This document shows positions 7,013 through 11,087 of a DNA stretch of 11,087 nt, one piece after another. Positions within the stretch are counted from its first letter, which is position 1, and every line of letters begins with the position of its first letter. Below the pieces are notes generated by a model. It was not told the DNA's origin and made no database searches. It saw only the letters and a program-made list of their open reading frames with translations. This DNA is from an uncultured bacterium (GTDB lineage Bacteria > Verrucomicrobiota > Verrucomicrobiia > Limisphaerales > UBA8199), in NCBI GenBank assembly GCA_963749495.1, contig CAVVMW010000009.1, positions 1 through 11,087 on the forward strand, in the 5' to 3' direction. The position numbers were made by a program, and so were the translations under genes.

Positions 7013-9408
7013 GGCTGCCAAACTCGGCGGCATGATTTGTCCTGCACAGATAAAACGGACCTCCAAACCTGAGGACCTCGTCACCCAAATCCTCCGAGAG
7101 ACCACCGATAAGACGATCACCGTCGAGTTGGTCAAGAGCCTTGAGGAGGAAGCTCGGTGGAACAAACTGATCCGAAAACACCATTACCTCAAAGAGCATC
7201 GCATGGTCGGCGAGTCGCTTCGCTATGTGATCAAGAAAAAGGGGCGATGGATCGGCCTGTTGGGTTGGTCCAGCGCCGCCTTCCATCTGCGGCCCCGCGA
7301 TGCCTGGATCGGCTGGACCGACGCTCAGCGACAGGCCGGACGCCACCTGCTGGCCTGCAACGCTCGCTTCGCGCTGCTTAGGCCCAAAGGCCGCTCGCCC
7401 AACCTGGCTTCCCACTGCCTGAGCCTCAACCTCCAGCGCCTCAGTGCCGACTGGCTGGAACACTACGGCCACCCCATCGCCTTGGTCGAAACCTATGTGG
7501 ACCCCAAACGGTTCGAAGGCACCTGTTATCGTGCCGCCAATTGGTTTGAAATCGGCGTGACCAAAGGCTGGGGACGCTCCCGCCTGGATTTCTATCAACT
7601 CCACCAGCAGCCCAAAGCCATCTTCGTGTATCCGCTGGTCCGCAACGCCCGCCAGATCCTCTCGGCTCCGCTCATGCCGGCAGCTTGGGCGCCCTATCGC
7701 CGAGAGCCCCCGCCTCAGGAATATCCTTTGAGCGGAAAACAAACCCAAAGCTTGCTCCACGCCCTGGCCCCACTCCACGACCCCCGCCGCTACCGGGGTT
7801 GGCGCCATCGCCGCGTCGCCTCCATTGTGGCCATTGCTGCCGCCGCGATGATTGCGGGCAACAACTCCCTGATCGATATCGGCGAGTTCTCCCAGTCCCT
7901 CAACCAAAACCAACTCCGCAGCCTGCGCGCCTGCCGTTGCCGCAAGACCCGCAAGTTCATCCCTCCCAGCGAAACGACCATCCGCCGAATCCTCCAGCGC
8001 CTGGACCCGACAGAATTGGACAGGCTGATCAACGATTGGCTGCGCTCCCACCTCAAGAACGCGGGCATCGCCGCACTGGCCGTCGATGGCAAATGTGCCC
8101 GCACCGCCACCAAAATCAACGGACAAGGCATCCAACTCTTCGGCGCCCTGGACACCCAAACCCAACTCTTTTGCCGCCAAATCCAAATCCCGGCCAAGAC
8201 CAATGAAATAGGCTGCCAAACTCGGCGGCATGATTTGTCCTGCACAGATAAAACGGACCTCCAAACCTGAGGACCTCGTCACCCAAATCCTCCGAGAGAC
8301 CACCGATAAGACGATCACCGTCGAGTTGGTCAAGAGCCTTGAGGAGGAAGCTCGGTGGAACAAACTGATCCGAAAACACCATTACCTCAAAGAGCATCGC
8401 ATGGTCGGCGAGTCGCTTCGCTATGTGATCAAGAAAAAGGGGCGATGGATCGGCCTGTTGGGTTGGTCCAGCGCCGCCTTCCATCTGCGGCCCCGCGATG
8501 CCTGGATCGGCTGGACCGACGCTCAGCGACAGGCCGGACGCCACCTGCTGGCCTGCAACGCTCGCTTCGCGCTGCTCAGGCCCAAAGGCCGCTCGCCCAA
8601 CCCGGCTTCCCACTGCCTGAGCCTCAACCTCCAGCGCCTCAGTGCCGACTGGCTGGAACACTACGGCCACCCCATCGCCTTGGTCGAAACCTATGTGGAC
8701 CCCAAACGGTTCGAAGGCACCTGTTATCGTGCCGCCAATTGGTTTGAAATCGGCGTGACCAAAGGCTGGGGACGCTCCCGCCTGGATTTCTATCAACTCC
8801 ACCAGCAGCCCAAAGCCATCTTCGTGTATCCGCTGGTCCGCAACGCCCGCCAGATCCTCTCGGCTCCGCTCATGCCGGCAGCTTGGGCGCCCTATCGCCG
8901 AGAGCCCCCGCCTCAGGAATATCCTTTGAGCGGAAAACAAACCCAAAGCTTGCTCCACGCCCTGGCCCCACTCCACGACCCCCGCCGCTACCGGGGTTGG
9001 CGCCATCGCCGCGTCGCCTCCATTGTGGCCATTGCTACCGCCGCCATGATTGCGGGCAACAACTCCCTGATCGATATCGGCGAGTTCTCCCAGTCCCTCA
9101 ACCAAAACCAACTCCGCAGCCTGCGCGCCTGCCGTTGCCGCAAGACCCGCAAGTTCATCGCTCCCAGCGAAACGACCATCCGCCGAATCCTCCAGCGCCT
9201 GGACCCGACGGAACTGGACAGGCTGATCAACGATTGGCTGCGCTCCCACCTCAAAAACGCGGGCATCGCCGCACTGGCCGTTGATGGCAAATGTGCCCGC
9301 ACCGCCACCAAAATCAACGGACAAGGCATCCAACTCTTCGGCGCCCTGGACACCCAAACCCAACTCTTTTGCCGCCAAATCCAAATCCCGGCCAAGACCA
9401 ATGAAATA
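7013..9408 (+). repeat. Head-to-tail tandem duplication, 2 x 1198 bp (7013-8210 and 8211-9408)
   Basis: Both units start GGCTGCCAAACTCGGCGGCATG and end GCCAAGACCAATGAAATA. I counted 9 substitutions by eye (copy-1 positions 7379, 7405, 7839, 7847, 7962, 8012, 8016, 8057, 8084) and no indels. Confidence 0.97.
7032..8270 (+). pseudogene. DUF4338 (DruA-like)-ISAs1 transposase fusion, copy 1, C-terminally truncated
   Basis: DUF4338 motifs: WNKLIRKHHYL, GESLRY, GLLGWSSAA, RDAWIGW, NARFALL, PNLAS, LVETYVDP, GTCYRAANW, GVTKG. ISAs1 motifs: DPRRxRGxRH, PSETTIRRIL, LAVDGK, KTNEI. Homology ends at 8210, so the second Asp and the Glu of the DDE triad are absent. The last ~19 aa come from out-of-frame read-through into copy 2. 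Confidence 0.9.
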
Positions 9409-9468
9409 CCGACTGGTCAGCAGAATGTATGGGTAAGTCGAGGCTCAGGTAAGCGGCCAAGGCAATGA
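8230..9468 (+). pseudogene. DUF4338 (DruA-like)-ISAs1 transposase fusion, copy 2, truncated by ISL3
   Basis: Same protein as copy 1 with three amino-acid differences (L/P in PNLAS, A/T, P/A). Homology ends at KTNEIP (~9410) and the tail is read from the ISL3 end. Confidence 0.9.
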
Positions 9469-10691
9469 TACAGGGCCAATTCCATGGCTGGATAGGTGCG
9501 GAAGCCGTAAGATCGTCTGGTTACCACTCGAATCTTGTTGTTCAGGCCCTCGACGGCGGCGCTGGAGAGCTCACCTTTGGCCTCGAACCAATTCAAGATC
9601 AACGGCTCATGGGCGCGCAGCATCCGGGCCACCTTCTTCATTGGTTCGAGCCGGCTGCGCATGGCTCGAGCGCACCAATAACCCAGATAGGCCACCACAT
9701 AGATCGGAGAACGGTAGTGCCAAAGGTAGTCGAAGCTCTCCTTGAGGTTCCAGGCCCGTGCCGTCGCCAGCTTGCTGGCCAACAGGGCGTTGAGCTTGGA
9801 GCGGGCACGGCCCCGCACCCGGCTGCCCCGGCGCAACAACTGCCAGCGCATGCCCTTGAGCCGCTGAGCCAGGGGCCGGCCGTGCAAGCGCGACTGCTCG
9901 CCCCGGCGCACCTCGTCCACCGCCTCGTTGAGGTGCCCCACGATATGAAAGCGGTCCAGCACGTTGAGCGCCTGCGGTATCTTGGCCGCGATCACCTTCA
10001 GGTAGGGCTTCCACATGTCGCTGCACACATACTTCAGAGCGCTGACCACCGGGGCTCCCAATTCTGCCAAGCCCCGCCGCAACGTGGCTTGAGTGCGCCG
10101 CCGACCCAGCCACAGCAAGCGCCGACAGTGGGGGTCAATCTGGTAAATCACCGTCAGGAAGTTGTCGGCCTTCTGGCCCTTGCCCCAATGGATCTCGTCC
10201 ACTCCGATGGCCTCCACACCCTCCAGGCGCCGGTGCTCCAAACCCCATTGGACGAACCACTGCACCGAACGGTAGACGGCCTCCCAACTGGTGTGGAAGG
10301 CCTGGGCGGTTTCCTTCCAGGACAGCCGCCGGGCCCACCGGGCCAAGAGGCCCATCATCGCCGTCGTCACCGGCCGCTTGCCCTGGCTCCAGGGGATATG
10401 CTCGACGACCACCCCGTCCTGCGGACAATTGACCCGCCGCGGGGGGTAGAGGAAATAGGTCTTGACGCCCCACATCGGCGGAAACAGCCAGGACCGCTGG
10501 GGCAACTGATCATAGCCGGGGACTGGCTGCAGGCACCGGGAGCACTTGGCGGGAATGCCGCCATGGGGTTGGAGGGTGATTTGAGCCCGCTGGCCACGGC
10601 CTCGGCGGTCCCGGCACAAGCGGATGTCCTGGTAAACGAAGCCCACAAAGTGTTGAATGTCGTTGAGAACCGTCTTAACCTTCAATTGCAT
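9417..10691 (-). CDS. ISL3-family transposase, 424 aa, apparently intact
   Basis: Zinc-finger-like CSRC...RRVNCPQDG, HTH region, IGVDEI, VCSDMWKPY, LDRFHIV and SSAAVEGLNNKIRVVTRRSYGFR: all ISL3 DDE motifs are present. Confidence 0.96.
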   Translation of the reverse strand: MQLKVKTVLNDIQHFVGFVYQDIRLCRDRRGRGQRAQITLQPHGGIPAKCSRCLQPVPGYDQLPQRSWLFPPMWGVKTYFLYPPRRVNCPQDGVVVEHIPWSQGKRPVTTAMMGLLARWARRLSWKETAQAFHTSWEAVYRSVQWFVQWGLEHRRLEGVEAIGVDEIHWGKGQKADNFLTVIYQIDPHCRRLLWLGRRRTQATLRRGLAELGAPVVSALKYVCSDMWKPYLKVIAAKIPQALNVLDRFHIVGHLNEAVDEVRRGEQSRLHGRPLAQRLKGMRWQLLRRGSRVRGRARSKLNALLASKLATARAWNLKESFDYLWHYRSPIYVVAYLGYWCARAMRSRLEPMKKVARMLRAHEPLILNWFEAKGELSSAAVEGLNNKIRVVTRRSYGFRTYPAMELALYHCLGRLPEPRLTHTFC

Positions 10692-10765
10692 AGCTGGTCT
10701 GCCGCTCGGTGGCGGGCGTGCTTTTCACATCTCGCAGGCTACCGCAAGCCAGGCAGATCAGCTAT
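10690..10765. promoter_or_regulatory. Hairpin covering the ISL3 transposase translation start
   Basis: ATAGCTGGTCTGCC (10690-10703) pairs with GGCAGATCAGCTAT (10752-10765) at 13/14 positions, with an inner CGGTGGC/GCTACCG helix. Confidence 0.65.
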
Positions 10766-10804
10766 CGCTTTGTGGCGCTGGGCAGCCCTCCGAGCCAAGC
10801 ACAC

Positions 10805-10950
10805 CTTCACCAGCAATTCCTTAGCGGCGCATCATGGCGGAGGGCGGGGCTGTCAAGGTGGAGCGCAGCAGGGCACGAGGGCACGTGGCGAGCAATACCT
10901 TGACAGCCCCGCCCGGAGCCATACCCTGGCCGCGCCGGAATTGCTTGAAG
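10805..10950. repeat. 146-bp imperfect palindrome with a perfect 18-bp core and back-to-back TTGACA hexamers
   Basis: GGGCGGGGCTGTCAAGGT (10842-10859) pairs perfectly with ACCTTGACAGCCCCGCCC (10897-10914). Outer helices are ATGGC/GCCAT, GCGGC/GCCGC, AGCAATTCC/GGAATTGCT and CTTCA/TGAAG. Confidence 0.88.
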
Positions 10951-11087
10951 TCCTTCTCCGGCCGTTAGGCCGCTCGATTCGTCGCGGAGCGTGCCGCGGG
11001 ATGTTCCACGACCGCCCAACTCACCAACGTCAACCCTCCGAACTGAACACGTGTCCAGATGTTTCACCCACAAATTGTGCGGGGGAC

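Larger units (their letters stand above)
6936..9410 (+). mobile_element. ISAs1-family element carrying an N-terminal DUF4338 domain; internally duplicated and interrupted by ISL3
   Basis: The candidate left end CACGGCTTCGGTGAAAAATC at 6936 (ISAs1 ends typically start CAGGG(C)) coincides with the break in the repeat gene. The transposase ORF follows at 7032. The right part of the element is not in the window. Confidence 0.82.
9411..11087 (-). mobile_element. ISL3-family insertion sequence, ~1.68 kb (upstream terminus probably ~2 bp beyond the window)
   Basis: Imperfect terminal IRs: GACTGGTCAGCAGAATGTATGGGT (+, from 9411) versus GTCCCCCGCACAATTTGTGGGT (-, from 11087), sharing GCAnAATnTnTGGGT. 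The transposase stop codon lies within the downstream IR. Confidence 0.82.

Noticed and set aside
6936..7165. N-terminal ~77 aa of the 460-aa ORF (5783..7165)
   Set aside because: This is the antisense strand of the IS left end and transposase start, fortuitously in frame with the interrupted repeat gene.
6810..9384. 517-aa and 422-aa minus-strand ORFs
   Set aside because: They are antisense shadows of the transposase copies, as expected in GC-rich coding DNA, and have no recognisable motifs.
7032..9468. Complete Druantia defence system
   Set aside because: Only the DUF4338 domain is present, fused to a transposase. There is no DruE helicase or other dru gene in the window.
7032..9468. In-frame double-length fusion protein across the duplication
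   Set aside because: The unit length of 1198 is not a multiple of 3, and copy 1 terminates at 8270.
10964..10970. GTTAGGC integron core site
   Set aside because: It is an isolated 7-mer inside the ISL3 leader with no matching RYYYAAC partner at a suitable distance.
10709..11073. Small ORFs in the ISL3 leader (64 aa and 88 aa) as passenger genes
   Set aside because: They have GTG starts, no coding-like composition, and overlap the palindrome and terminal IR.
1..11087. CRISPR array, tRNA/rRNA, reverse transcriptase or group II intron
   Set aside because: I saw no regularly spaced short DNA repeats (the repeat genes repeat only at protein level), no recognisable RNA gene and no RT motifs.

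Overview
GC-rich bacterial accessory region that is visibly decaying. The 32-aa W-x3-DP-x-AA helical-repeat genes suggest Verrucomicrobia/PVC, which is an inference only. From left to right: (1) the 5' part of a secreted EreA/ChaN-like protein gene on the minus strand, which runs off the window and is missing from the ORF track; (2) a ~130-bp palindromic MITE-like element and a short gene stub; (3) an intact secreted clan GH-D (GH31/GH36-like) glycoside hydrolase; (4) a dinB pseudogene with its catalytic core deleted; (5) two translationally coupled helical-repeat genes, one 3'-truncated and one 5'-interrupted; (6) a nested IS stack. In the stack, a DUF4338(DruA-like)-ISAs1 element starts at ~6936 and is present as two ~99% identical 1198-bp tandem units. 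Both units break at the same KTNEI site, next to an apparently intact ISL3 element (~9411 to window end) with a highly structured ~400-bp leader. I found no CRISPR array, RNA gene or complete defence system. The most unusual feature is the geometry of the ISAs1/ISL3 duplication.
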